Source: Eledone cirrhosa (Eukaryota). From it: a stretch of DNA of 64,000 bases. The translations under genes were made by a program, and so were the position numbers. The notes under the pieces were generated by a model, which was not told the DNA's origin, made no database searches, and saw only the letters and a program-made list of their open reading frames with translations. The first letter of the stretch is position 1. Every line of letters starts with the position of its first letter. Location: NCBI GenBank assembly GCA_964016885.1, contig CAXHJY010001087.1, positions 67,165 to 131,164 of the forward strand. Direction: 5' to 3'. Below, in pieces: positions 38,818-50,867 of this stretch.

Positions 38818-40467
38818 TATAAGATCAAAAGATGGTTAAAAGAGTTCCATGTATTTTATTATGCGCATTTCAAAAACAAATATCATCTTTTAAATACCAA
38901 CTTAAAAGAACCAACACGGCACTCTCAGAACTCATATGGTCCTTGAAAGACAAAAATATTAACTATAACATCTCTTGGAGGAAGGTTTGTTCTGCCTCTC
39001 CATACTTGAATACCTCTCTATCCAAAATATGTAATCTCTGTTTATGTGAAAAATTTACCATTATATCTAATTTAGATTCTATAATAAATAGACGCACTGA
39101 CTTGTTTTCTCTCTGCTTGCATAAATTCCACAGAATATTCCATAAAGTATACAGCTAATATCTAATACTTTACCAATTTAAAATCCTTTTTCTCAAAGGC
39201 ACATATATATATATATATTTCTTTAAAAATATACCCATCTTTCTACCTTATTTCAATGTTATTTATTATACATTATATAATACTAGTTCCCCATTCTATA
39301 TCATTCCTATTTATCACTTCCCTTTCTTCCTTTTTTCTTTTAATTTCTAACCTCTAATCTGTACCTTTTCTTCCCAGATACTTCTAAATTCTTATTATTA
39401 CTCACCACAATATATCCACTCTTTCTTCTTCCATTCTATCACTGGCCATAAAACTTACTATTACCCTTTTAAATACTTTATAGTATCACCTTGAAAAATC
39501 CTTCGCAAACATAAACATTTTTTTTTTGACGTTAGATTATTCATCCTCAATTCATTATTTTTTCTCCCTTTCATGCTCGTCTAACTTCTACATATTACAC
39601 ATCACAACACATAAAAACCCTAACTAATCTCCTTTATTACATTATATTATTACTATTAGGAAATACTTCATAAACATACATATTTTGATGTTAAGGTCTT
39701 CTCCTTAAACACTATCTCCTTCTTTGCTTTCTGCGCTCATTTGTAAACAAACTATTTATATATTACACATACATATTACTTTACGTAAAAACATACTTAA
39801 ACACTAACTAATTCCTCTAAATTCATAATTCATCCACTCTTCTACTTCTTTTCACAATATATCTTTAATTACATTACTATTTTTATTTTTAATAATACAT
39901 ATCAACAATTTATTTCCATCGCACATATTATTAAACCCTTCAATATTCAAACCTTAACTTAATATTATTCTTAATACATATTAACAATTTCTTTTCATCG
40001 CACATATTATAAACCCTTCAATATACAAACCTTAATTTAACATTATTCTTAAATTTTTCTCTTCGTTAATTTTCAAATTCTTTTAATATATTATCTTCCA
40101 ACGGTTTTTTAACCTCTCTCTGTAAAACAATATATTTTTCTCAGTTATAAAAGCTATCTCTCTCTTTCTATCACCCATCTCTCCTCCTATCTCATCCTTC
40201 CTTATTATACTCCTCCCCCTCCATCCTTTACTCTCATCTCCTCCTCTTTTTCATCCCCCCCTCACCCCCCCCCCCCCATATCACACATCAATCTAAAACT
40301 ACTTTTCATATGTTGATTTAAAACTGCACTATTCACAAGTGTTTTTTAACCTTCATATCATGTCTCCCTATTTTATCTGACGAAAACGCAAATGTCATCG
40401 CATGATGATATTTGTTTTTGAAATGCGCATAATAAAATACATGGAACGCTTTTAACCATCTTTTGAT

Positions 40468-40473
<6 letters not shown>
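38818..40473 (+). mobile_element. 5'-truncated PLE (GIY-YIG C-terminus, long AT-rich 3' UTR) with short inverted 3'-end copy
   Basis: TALSELIWSLKDKNINYNISW..ICNLCLCEK..INRRTD..CLH; 38818-38888 is the reverse complement of 40404-40473. Confidence 0.8.
40369..40439 (+). ncRNA. Type-I hammerhead ribozyme
   Basis: tattttat CTGACGA aaacgcaaatgtcatc-gcat-gatgatatttgttttt GAAA tgcgca TA ataaaata; palindromic stem III. Confidence 0.88.
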
Positions 40474-40510
<37 letters not shown>

Positions 40511-40511
40511 A

Positions 40512-41278
40512 CTAGCTAAACTACCCGTACTTTGGACGGTTCAAGTAGCTTTCGATGTAGCTCCTTAAACTAAACAAAGTAAATTTGAATACATAGTAGA
40601 AAAACGTACTTTATGTAAACATGAAAACCTTAGGCACTATTCCAGCGAAATAATTAATATGTGAGCTCGGTGTCATCCGTTATACCATGTAACAACAGAA
40701 ATCCAGTCTAGGTATACATTTTTTTGACAACAGTAAAAGCGCATCATGAAATAGAGAAGTGAAGTGAATAATAGACACTATTATGTACAAAGCATAATAT
40801 TGTAAAAGTTATGACATCACTTAATGTATGACCATCAAGCTTTAAACGATAAATTATACAATGTCAAATCTATAATTTAACTTAGTAATCTGTTAGAAAT
40901 TGGTGGTTGTGAAATATACAAAATGATATTGTTAGTCTCAAGGAAGCGTACCTTTTGTTTCAAGTACAAAGAGTAAATTAAAATCCGAATGAGCCGAATT
41001 ACGAAAGATAACTCTTGTCTTATTTAAAGATAACTCTTGTCTTACTTAATCACGAAAATTCACACAAATAACCAAAATCTGTTAATGTCTCCAAAGGCCC
41101 CAGTATCAATTTTTGAAAGCCTTTGTAGATCATGTACAGGTTTTGTGCAAGGAGAAGCTCTGTAAAAAAATATCAAAGAAATCGCATGAATGGTTTAGAA
41201 TATAGGAGCCCTCATTAAAAATTGTCCACATGCACATACACAGACATACAGAAAACTTCGTCTTTATATATATACAGA
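40512..41278 (-). mobile_element. Non-autonomous Helitron
   Basis: Minus strand starts A|TC, ends with hairpin ccgt-ccaaagt-acgg then CTAG|T; inserted at an AT dinucleotide with no TSD. Confidence 0.75.
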
Positions 41279-41367
<89 letters not shown>

Positions 41368-41785
41368 TTAACTGATTAACTAATTAACTGATTAACTAAA
41401 CATCTAATCATATTTAAACAATGGTTAATTTCTCATTTTATATATATATATATTCCATTCATGATTATTAACATTTCTAATTTTATTTATTCATTTCATC
41501 TCAAATGTTAAGTTAACTCAACAAGATATGACTTAGAGTTTTTCGTTCTCTCTCCTTTTCTCTGTCTCCTCTCTCTCTCTATCTTTCTCTCTCTGTTGTT
41601 CTGTTCCCTCTCTCTCTTTCCTTCTCTATCTTTCTCTTTCTCCGTAACCGAACGGCTTATTTTAAAAATATCCAATACTAATAATATAATTAAAGCTACA
41701 ACTCCACTATCCGGGAGCTTCCAACAGTAATGGTTGCATTCTTTAAGGGTATGTCAATATTTATTTATAAAACTGATCTATATTA

Positions 41786-41841
41786 TATTTTATCTGATGA
41801 AAGCACACCATAATTTAACTTGAAATATGTATAATGAAATA
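41786..41841 (+). ncRNA. Hammerhead-like motif with weak stem II
   Basis: tattttat CTGATGA aag..ctt GAAA tatgta TA atgaaata; 8-bp stem I, only 3-bp stem II. Confidence 0.6.
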
Positions 41842-41909
41842 AATATGTTTTTATAAATATAGTTTCCATTTGCTAATATCGTATGTATATATATGTATAT
41901 ATATATATG

Positions 41910-41990
<81 letters not shown>

Positions 41991-42007
41991 ATATATATAA
42001 ATATATG

Positions 42008-42039
<32 letters not shown>

Positions 42040-42042
42040 GAC

Positions 42043-42091
<49 letters not shown>

Positions 42092-42108
42092 TATATATAT
42101 GTATACAC

Positions 42109-42139
<31 letters not shown>

Positions 42140-42293
42140 CGTATTTAAGAAAGCCACAACAATGCAAAGGGAAATCTCGAGGTAGGAAGTGAAATATAGA
42201 TAGGAAAAACAGGTGAAAGTGAAAGTTGAGAGAGACAAAGATGAAAACAAAACAAAGGTAGAAGGGTTACCGTAGTAGAGATTTTAACACCCT

Positions 42294-42373
<80 letters not shown>

Positions 42374-42853
42374 TATACATATATATATACATATATATAT
42401 ATAATGTGTTTGTGTTTATTTTTTAGATATGTGTGTTTATATATATATATGTATATAATACAGAGTACCCGAGCTCCCATGGGTACAAGCTGAAGCATAT
42501 AGACAATATGCCTCCACACCCTCCCACTGCAAAGTGGTCGTGAAGGTGCCACGGCAAAAAAGCACCCACCACTCACTGTAAATGAGGTTGGTGTTAGGAA
42601 GGGCATCCAGCTGTAGAAATCAAGCCAAAATCAGTTCCTGTATGAGCAAGGCATGGTCAGCAGACCAGACACTGCCCACAACAGCATGGAAGAACGGACA
42701 TAAAACGGTGATGATGATGATGATGATGATGATATATGTATACATATATATATAAATGAAGTAATTCCGTCGGAAAAGTCCAGATAAAAAGAGTGCTCTA
42801 TGTAGGTAACAGAGCTTAATAGTTATGTAATAAACAACATAAGGCAATTATTC

Positions 42854-42907
42854 CATTTACCAGTGGTTTCTTAAAAGCAAAACATTTTGCTTTCAATCCT
42901 CAGAATG
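42854..42907 (-). ncRNA. Hammerhead ribozyme (inverted copy)
   Basis: Reverse complement of 43029-43082 with loop II differences. Confidence 0.82.
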
Positions 42908-43028
42908 AAAAATCCTGGTCTGTTTATTGAATTTGGATTTTAAAAACAAAAATCTTTGTTTTTAAAATTTTTGTTTTTAAAATTTTTGTTTTTAAAATCC
43001 AAATTCAATAAACAGACTAGGATTTTTT

Positions 43029-43082
43029 CATTCTGAGGATTGAAAGCAAAATTTTTTGCTTTTAAGAAACCACTGGTAAATG
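43029..43082 (+). ncRNA. Type-I hammerhead ribozyme
   Basis: catt CTGAGGA ttgaaagcaaaa-tt-ttttgcttttaa GAAA cc-act-gg TA aatg; GUA triplet. Confidence 0.85.
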
Positions 43083-43112
43083 GAATAATTGCCTTATGTT
43101 GTTTATTACATA

Positions 43113-43167
<55 letters not shown>

Positions 43168-43190
43168 GTGTGAGTTTGGCTTCCCATATA

Positions 43191-43678
43191 CATCATCATC
43201 ATCATCATCATCATCATCATTTTACGTTCGCTTTTCCCTGCTTGCAAGGGTGGGACGGGTCTTATTCAGCACAGCATCTCTCCACTCGTCACGGTCCCTC
43301 GTCATCTACACCGTGAGCTTCAATGATCTGAGGTCTGTTCTCACCACCTCCGCCCATCTTTTTCGTGGTCTACCTCTACCACGTCTTCCTTCAACTGGCA
43401 ATTCCTGGCACTTCTTCACCCATCGGTCATCCTCCATGCGCATCACATGTCCATACCACCTTAGTCTCCTCTCCCGTACACTACATTCTATCCCTCTCAG
43501 ACACAGTTTCTCTCTCAACACATTTATGCTGGGTCGTTCACGCACATTTACACTGCACATCCAACGGAGCATGCTTGCCTCATTTCTCTCCAGCCGTCGC
43601 ATATCCTCTACAGTTGCTGCCCATGTCTCACTACCATGCAGCATCGCGCTCCTCACACAGGCATCATACAACCGGCCT
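43191..43678 (-). mobile_element. RTE-type LINE 3' end (family B)
   Basis: [30 protein letters not shown], short 3' UTR, (ATG)n tail. Confidence 0.85.
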
Positions 43679-43730
43679 TATATGTATGTATATATATATA
43701 CATATATATATATATATGTATATATATATG

Positions 43731-43765
<35 letters not shown>

Positions 43766-43788
43766 GTATATATGTATATATATGTATG

Positions 43789-43822
<34 letters not shown>

Positions 43823-43824
<2 letters not shown>

Positions 43825-44218
43825 AAGCACGTGGGTTAGTGGTTAGAGCATTGGCCTTACAATCGAAAGGTTGTGAGTTCAATTCTCAAACCGGGTGATG
43901 TGTTGTGTCCTTGAGCAAGACACTTTATTTCACATTGCTCCAGTTTACTCAGCTGTAGAAATGAGATGATAGGACTAGGGTCCCTATCATTCCACTGCAA
44001 AATGGTCGTGGAGGTGCCACGGCAAAAAAGCACCCAGCCCACACTGTAAAGTGGACGTGTAGGCACCACAGCAAAAAAGCACCCAGCACTCACTGTAAAT
44101 GAGGTTGGTGTTAGGAAGGGCATCCGGCTGTAGAAATCAAGCCAGAATCAGTTCTTGTCCCACCCTTGCAAGCAGGGAAAAAGCGGATGTCAAATGAAAT
44201 GATGATGATGAATGATGA
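43823..44218 (+). mobile_element. tRNA-derived SINE, full length
   Basis: A-box TGGGTTAGTGG, B-box GAGTTCAATTC, body, and 3' end matching LINE family B. Confidence 0.85.
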
Positions 44219-44343
44219 TATGTATATACATATATATATATATGTATATACATATATATATATATAAACATATATATATATATATATATGTATATACATA
44301 TATATATATGTATATACATATATATATATACACTATTATATAC

Positions 44344-44400
<57 letters not shown>

Positions 44401-44570
44401 CACAAAGGAAATGTGGTAAGGAACCAGATGGACCATAACGCACCAGAGTACTCAATACTTAGGGTAATAGGAAAAAGTATGAGCCCGACGGCAGAGCTCA
44501 AGCCGTTTTGACGGCTATTTCTGAACTAAAACAGCTTGAGCTCTGCCGTCGGGGTTATACTTTTTCCTAT
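44401..44570. mobile_element. 104-bp hairpin (44467-44570) of PLE-type 3' ends carrying the 3' half of an HHR
   Basis: Arms contain (G/A)AAA cggc-ttgagctct-gccg TC ggg; second copy at 46651-46754. Confidence 0.7.
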
Positions 44571-44619
44571 ATATATATACATGTATATATATATGTGTAT
44601 ATATATAAATATATACAAG

Positions 44620-44654
<35 letters not shown>

Positions 44655-44655
44655 G

Positions 44656-44692
<37 letters not shown>

Positions 44693-44702
44693 GTATATAT
44701 AT

Positions 44703-44942
44703 CTGAGAGATTTGCATGGTGTGGAGGTGGATGTCTTCAAGAAACATCTCGACACCTTGCTATCCAAGATCCCGGATGAGCCCACAGCAAGGCACGAGGG
44801 AAACCTAAGGGCAGCAGCAACAAACTCCCTCTTACACCAGTGGCCAACCAATACAGGCTGGAGATAAAATGTGTAGCAACAAGGGCGGTGCCCCAGCTTG
44901 GCTTCAGCCGGATGGCTGGAACTAGTAAAAGAGTAAAGAGTA
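44703..44942 (+). mobile_element. CR1/L2-like LINE 3' end
   Basis: [33 protein letters not shown] followed by a short UTR. Confidence 0.7.
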
Positions 44943-44954
44943 ATATACATATAT

Positions 44955-45212
44955 ATAAATGAAAAAAATGAAATTTAATTTCTCACTCTTAGTACGGCTG
45001 ATACTTAAATATAAGTATGTATACGTACATACATATATTTATACAGACGTACAGTAGTATGTATATATATATGAGTTTACCGAACATTTATTATAATGTT
45101 CGGTTTGTTTGTAAACAAACAGCCCAAATTAAGCCGTATATTGTTCGGCAACCATCGTTGCCTTTTTGTCCAACACTGACAAAGGAACGATGAACTAGTT
45201 TCTAGCTTATTA
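44955..45212 (-). mobile_element. Truncated copy of the 47.26-47.9 kb HHR element
   Basis: Matches 47262-47542 and stops inside HHR stem II. Confidence 0.8.
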
Positions 45213-45424
45213 TATGTATATATATAATATATCATCATTTTACGTCCGCTTTTTCCCTGCTTGCAAGGGTGGGACGGGAACTGATTCTGGCTTGATTTCT
45301 ACAGCTGGATGCCCTTCCTAACACCAACCTCATTTACAGTGAGTACTGGGTGCTTTTTTGCCGTGGCACCTCCACGACCACTTTGCAGTGGAATGATATG
45401 GACCCCTGTCCCTCCTCCTCCTCC

Positions 45425-46478
45425 TCATCATCATCGTTTAACATCTATCTTCCACGCTTGCATGGGTTTGGACGGGAGTTTTCCCACTTGATGCAAGAGT
45501 GGTTGTCTTGCTCGCATAGGACTGTCTGGCAGGTTTTCTACAGCTGGATGCCCTTCCTAACACCAACCACATTTACAGTGTCGAACTGGGAGGTTTTTAC
45601 CGTGTTACCTACACGGCCACATTACAGCGTGGACTGTGTGTTTTTTTGTCGTGACACCTACACGATCTCATTTGTTTTGGCCTGGATGTTGGTACCAACA
45701 TAACTTTACATTGAAAGGGGCGGTGTGGATGGGGTGGGGGAGGTGGACGGGGGTGTATTTTGTTAGAGGTGCCTACTGACTGTAGTAGGTTTTACTTTGT
45801 ATTTAGGTAAGACAGGTCTTCTCTATTACTGTGTAGCGCCAAAGATCTCGGTCCAGTGACATTGTCTTGGAGAGGTGTAAGTGTGTGAGGTCGGAATTTA
45901 TCAAGTCGTCCCAGGTTTTTCTGGGTCTGCCTACTCCGTGGCTACCGTCTATTTTTATTGCCCTGCACTTTTTTATACAGCTGTCGTCTTTCATGCGCAT
46001 CACGTGACCATACCAACGTAGCCTTTTCTCGAGTAAACAACATCTGATCCCTCTTATTTCTAATTTTTCCCTTAGTTCGTTTATGCTTTGCCGTTCACGT
46101 ATATTACTATTACACATCCAGCGGAGCATGCAAGCTTCGTTCCTCTCTAGTCTGCGTATATCCTCTGCACACAATGCCCAGGATTCACTGCCATGCAACA
46201 TTGCTGTTCGTATGCAGGCATCATACAGCCTGCCTTTCATTTTTAGGGAGAACCCTTTAGCGGCTAATAGTGGTATAAGCTCTCTGAACTTTTTCCATCC
46301 AGTTCTGACTCTAGCTACTGTACTTTCAGAGCACCCTCCTCCACTGCTGATTTTGTCACCCAGGTAACGGAAGCTGTCCATTATTTCTATATAACCATCT
46401 GTGCAATTGAAAGAGCTAGTATTTTGTGGGCACTTGCTGCTACTTATTGCACCAGAACACCGGCCACATATAAAATCC
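45425..46478 (-). mobile_element. RTE-type LINE family A 3' portion nested in a SINE
   Basis: Near-identical to 30670-31735. SINE 3' half lies at 45232-45415 and its 5' half at 46481-46627. Confidence 0.85.
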
Positions 46479-46650
46479 TAACATCTCATTTCTACAGCTG
46501 AGTAAACTGGAGCAATGTGAAATAAAGTGTCTTGCTCAAGGAAACAACACATCACCTGGTCTGAGAATTGAACTCACAACCTTTCGATTGCAAGGCTAAT
46601 GCTCTAACCACTAAGCCATGTGCCTCCATTATACATGTATATATATATAT

Positions 46651-46749
46651 ATAGGAAAAAGTATGACCCCAACGGCAGAGCTCAAGCCGTTTCGACGGTT
46701 ATTTCTGGATTGAAATGGCTTGAGCTCTGGCGTCGGAGTCATACTTTTT

Positions 46750-46754
<5 letters not shown>
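46651..46754. mobile_element. Second copy of the 104-bp half-HHR hairpin
   Basis: Same length and same internal junction as 44467-44570; inside (TA)n. Confidence 0.75.
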
Positions 46755-46804
<50 letters not shown>

Positions 46805-46900
46805 ATATATACATGTATATATATACATGTATATATATATATATACATGTATATATATATATACATGTATATATATATATGTATATATATATATAAATAT

Positions 46901-46931
<31 letters not shown>

Positions 46932-47105
46932 CATATGTATATATATATATAAATATATACATGTATATATATATATATATATATATGTGTATATATATAC
47001 ATAATAATATATGTAGTAAGAAACAGGGTTGAAGAACCACATTGTTTGAAATATTTAACCATGAAGCAGACAGAATGATAAAATAAAATTATACAAACTT
47101 TCATT

Positions 47106-47173
<68 letters not shown>

Positions 47174-47217
47174 TATATATATATATATATATATAATGTA
47201 GGAAGTGAGTAATATTT

Positions 47218-47253
<36 letters not shown>

Positions 47254-47261
47254 TATATATA

Positions 47262-47915
47262 AATGGGAAAAATGAAATTTCATTTCTCACTCTTAGTACG
47301 GCTGATACTTAAATATAAGTACGTATACATACATATATGTATACAGACGTACAGTAGTATATATATAGATACACACATGCACACATATATATGTGTACGT
47401 ATGGGTTTACCGAACATTTATTATAATGTTCGGTTTGTTTGTAAACAAACAGCCCGAATTAAGCCGTACATTGTTCGGCAACCATCGTTGCCCTTGTGTT
47501 CAACACTGACAAAGGAACGATGAACTAGTTTCTAGCTTATTAGCTTTCATCAGCACCGTATACCTTCCTGTCAGTCGATTAAACGTTTGAAAGTATATAC
47601 TTTCTTTATGCATATTAATGGCTGAGCAGCCTAATTTGTATATCGATATATCGAGTTAGTTAGTCGACCGAAAACGATAAAGGGAAAAAATGAAATTTCA
47701 TTTCTCACTCCTAGTACGGCTGATACTTAAATATAAGTATGTATACAGACGATGGTTGCCGAAGAATGTATGGCTTAATTCAGGCTGTTTGTTTACAAAC
47801 AAACCGAACATTATAATAAATGTTCGGTAAACCCATACGTACATATATATATGGTTTGCATGTATGTATATAATACTACTATACGTCTGTATACATATAT
47901 GTATGTACGTATACA
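47262..47915 (-). mobile_element. Non-coding HHR element: ~418-bp unit, partial direct repeat and inverted arm
   Basis: 47681-47746 repeats 47263-47328 at an offset of 418; 47749-47915 is an inverted copy of about 47322-47488. Confidence 0.8.
47517..47559 (-). ncRNA. Minimal type-I hammerhead ribozyme
   Basis: acggtg CTGATGA a-agct-aata-agct-a GAAA ctag TT catcgt; palindromic stem III, GUU triplet. Confidence 0.8.
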
Positions 47916-47987
47916 TATATATATATATATATATATATCATCTTCGTTTAACATCTATCTTCCACGCTAGCATGGGTATGTATATAT

Positions 47988-48250
47988 TTCATCATCATCA
48001 TCATCATCATCATTTTACGTCCGCTTTTCCCTGCTTGCAAGGGTAGGACGGGAACTGATTCTGGCTTGATTTCTACAGCTGGATGCCCTTCCTAACACCA
48101 ACCTCATTTACAGTGAGTGCTCTCTGCTTTTTTTCGTTGCGCCTACACAACCACTTTAATGTGAAATAAAGTGTCTTGCTCAAGGAAACAATACATCACC
48201 CGGTCTGAGAATTGAACTCACAACCTTTCAATTGTAAGGTCGTGAGTTAC
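47988..48250 (-). mobile_element. SINE, internally deleted
   Basis: Matches the 3' tail and head pieces of the 43823 SINE. Confidence 0.7.
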
Positions 48251-48265
48251 ATATATATATATATA

Positions 48266-48987
48266 TGAGGAACAAAGCTTGCATGCTCCGTTGGATGTGT
48301 AATAGTAATATACGTGAATGGCAAAGCATAAATGAACTAAGTGAGAAATTAGGAATAAGAGGGATCAGATGCTGTTTACTCGAGAGAAGACTACGTTGGT
48401 ATGGTCACGTGATGCGCATGAAAGACGACAGCTGTATAAAGAAGTGCAGGGCGATCAAAATTGATGGTAGCCACGGAGTAGGCAGACCCAGAAAAACCTG
48501 GGACAATTTGATAAATTCCGACCTTACACACACCTCTCCAAGACAATGTCACTGGATCAAGACCTTTGGTGCTACGCAGTAATACAGAAGACCGGCCTTG
48601 CCTAAGTACAAAGCGAAACATACAGTCAGTAGGCACCTCTTAACCAAAATACCCCCTATCCCACTACCCCCACCCCCACCCCACCCCCATCTACACCACC
48701 CCTTTCTCTGTAAAGTTATGTTGGTACCACAACATCCAGTCCTAAATAAATGAGGTTGTGTAGGTGTCACGACAAAAAAAAAAACACGCTGTAATGTGGC
48801 CGTATAGGTAACACGGTATAAACCTCCCAGTCCACACTGTAAACATGGTTGTTGTTAGGAAAGGCATCCAGCCGTAGAAAACCCGCCAGACAGTCCTATA
48901 CGAGCAAGACGACCAATCTTGCCTCAAGTGGGACAATTCCCATCTAAACCCATGCTAGCGTGAAAGATAGATGTTAAACGATGATGA

Positions 48988-48990
<3 letters not shown>
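48266..48990 (+). mobile_element. RTE LINE family A 3' end
   Basis: [26 protein letters not shown], 3' UTR and (ATG)n tail. Confidence 0.85.
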
Positions 48991-49057
<67 letters not shown>

Positions 49058-49233
49058 GTGTGTATATATATATATATATTGATTCTTTAGAATTTGCCAC
49101 TGACCAAGTAGGCAGTGAATTTTTTCAGTGCCCTGGAATTTAGTCCCCGCTAGCTTTATTCCATCCACTGAATTATTATTTTTATATGGGTTCCTAGTGT
49201 CCGCGCATTGCCTGGGAACTTAGTTGAGAATAG

Positions 49234-49315
49234 ACTCCCTGATGACGTAAGGACTTCTCTATAGTTACATTACGTAACTATATTTATTCCCTTACAGAAA
49301 CTAATTAGTTGGAGT
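49234..49315 (+). ncRNA. Type-I hammerhead ribozyme (copy 1)
   Basis: actcc CTGATGA c gtaagg..atagttac-attac-gtaactat..ccttac a GAAA ctaattag TT ggagt. Confidence 0.82.
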
Positions 49316-49772
49316 GGAAATTTTAGTAAGTAAGTTAATTTTTAATTTTTAAAATTTTCTTATTTTACGTCTTTCATATAATTGTTCTGCATCCCCTGCA
49401 TAGAACCACAAAGGTACTAAGACATAACATATATATTTGCTAGCATGGGTATACATCTGTATACATATGTTGGTAGATATACCAATTCTCTATATTTATC
49501 TCCAAATTATTTGTTGAACGAAACTTGCCAAAATTTACTGCTATGGTTCATGGTAGTAGTTAGGCTCTTGTCATAATACCACCTCACTCCTCACTGATTA
49601 ACCTCAGTGTCACGTGATTGATTCTTTAGAATTTGCCACTGACCAAGTAGGCAGTGAATTTTTTCAGTGCCCTGGAATTTAGTCCCCGCTAGCTTTATTC
49701 CATCCACTGAATTATTATTTTTATATGGGTTCCTAGTGTCCGCGCATTGCCTGGGAACTTAGCTGAGAATAG

Positions 49773-49854
49773 ACTCCCTGATGACGTAAGGACTTCTCTA
49801 TAGTTACATTACGTAACTATATTTATTCCCTTACAGAAACTAATTAGTTGGAGT
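49773..49854 (+). ncRNA. Type-I hammerhead ribozyme (copy 2)
   Basis: Identical by eye to copy 1, 539 nt downstream. Confidence 0.82.
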
Positions 49855-49913
49855 GGAAATTTTAGTAAGTAAGTTAGTTTTTAATTTTTAAAATTTTCTT
49901 ATTTTAGTCTTTC

Positions 49914-49977
<64 letters not shown>

Positions 49978-49982
49978 GTCTG

Positions 49983-50047
<65 letters not shown>

Positions 50048-50052
50048 GTCTG

Positions 50053-50086
<34 letters not shown>

Positions 50087-50817
50087 TTTTAATATGTAAA
50101 GTAATTAATGATATTGTCTGACAGATATATAGGTTAACCAAAGTGCTACAGATAGTCACTATTAGAACCTAAAATCACCTCTATTAATATAAATTTTAAG
50201 AAATTCCACTAGGAGCAGTAACATAATTTAGTTTCTGCTGAGATAACCATAATTCTAACAATGAACTCACTCTCGAAACAACAACAACAATCTCAATACG
50301 GATAAGCGGATCTGTGATCCTTTGAGAAAACTAAATAAAATAGGTCCTTTTGTTGATAGACATATATAACCTGTACCAGTATAACCGTTCCATTTTTTGA
50401 TCTGGGAAAGTTAACGATATTTAGTAGCGTCAAAGCTGGTTTCAAGTATGCAATTAAGCTGGCTAAATTGTCTGACCCCACCAACCGCAGAGAAGGAAAT
50501 CGCTCTGCATACATGCACACATACATACATACACCCCAATAAATCAAGATGGTAACTACATTCCATTTCTCCTTGAGAATTCTTCAGCTCAGGCTAATTC
50601 TTCCCACACCACTACAATACCACAGTTTTTCTTACCTATCCCTTTATAAGTAAGGAAACATGTATACAGTTACACACCCACACACACAACCACTTTCAGA
50701 AAATATATAGAAAAAATATAATTAATTTATTCTAACACTTTTCATTAACAACCTCTAAAGAACCTTTACCCTTATATGGACAACTTATCATTACTAACAA
50801 GAATCACCTAAGCCATG

Positions 50818-50867
50818 CCCTTGATGAGATGGCCAGTCCACTGCAAATCTATTTGTCAACAGTCGGG
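50818..50867 (+). ncRNA. Heavily decayed hammerhead-like motif
   Basis: ccc TTGATGA..tgg-ccagt-cca..gcaaa tctatt-tgtc-aacag TC ggg; followed by aagtattgagtactctg, shared with the 44401 element. Confidence 0.35.

Larger units (their letters stand above)
42755..43116. mobile_element. Fold-back non-coding element with two HHRs
   Basis: 42820-42952 is mirrored by about 42985-43116; left arm extends to 42755; (TA)n flanks. Confidence 0.82.
49078..49918 (+). mobile_element. Retrozyme-like element: two ~300-bp direct repeats, each with an HHR
   Basis: 49078-49380 and 49617-49918 are near-identical (period 539); no ORF; (TA)n on both sides. Confidence 0.85.

Noticed and set aside
43823-43895. tRNA gene
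   Set aside because: A and B boxes are present, but it continues into a multi-copy SINE body and has no clean cloverleaf.
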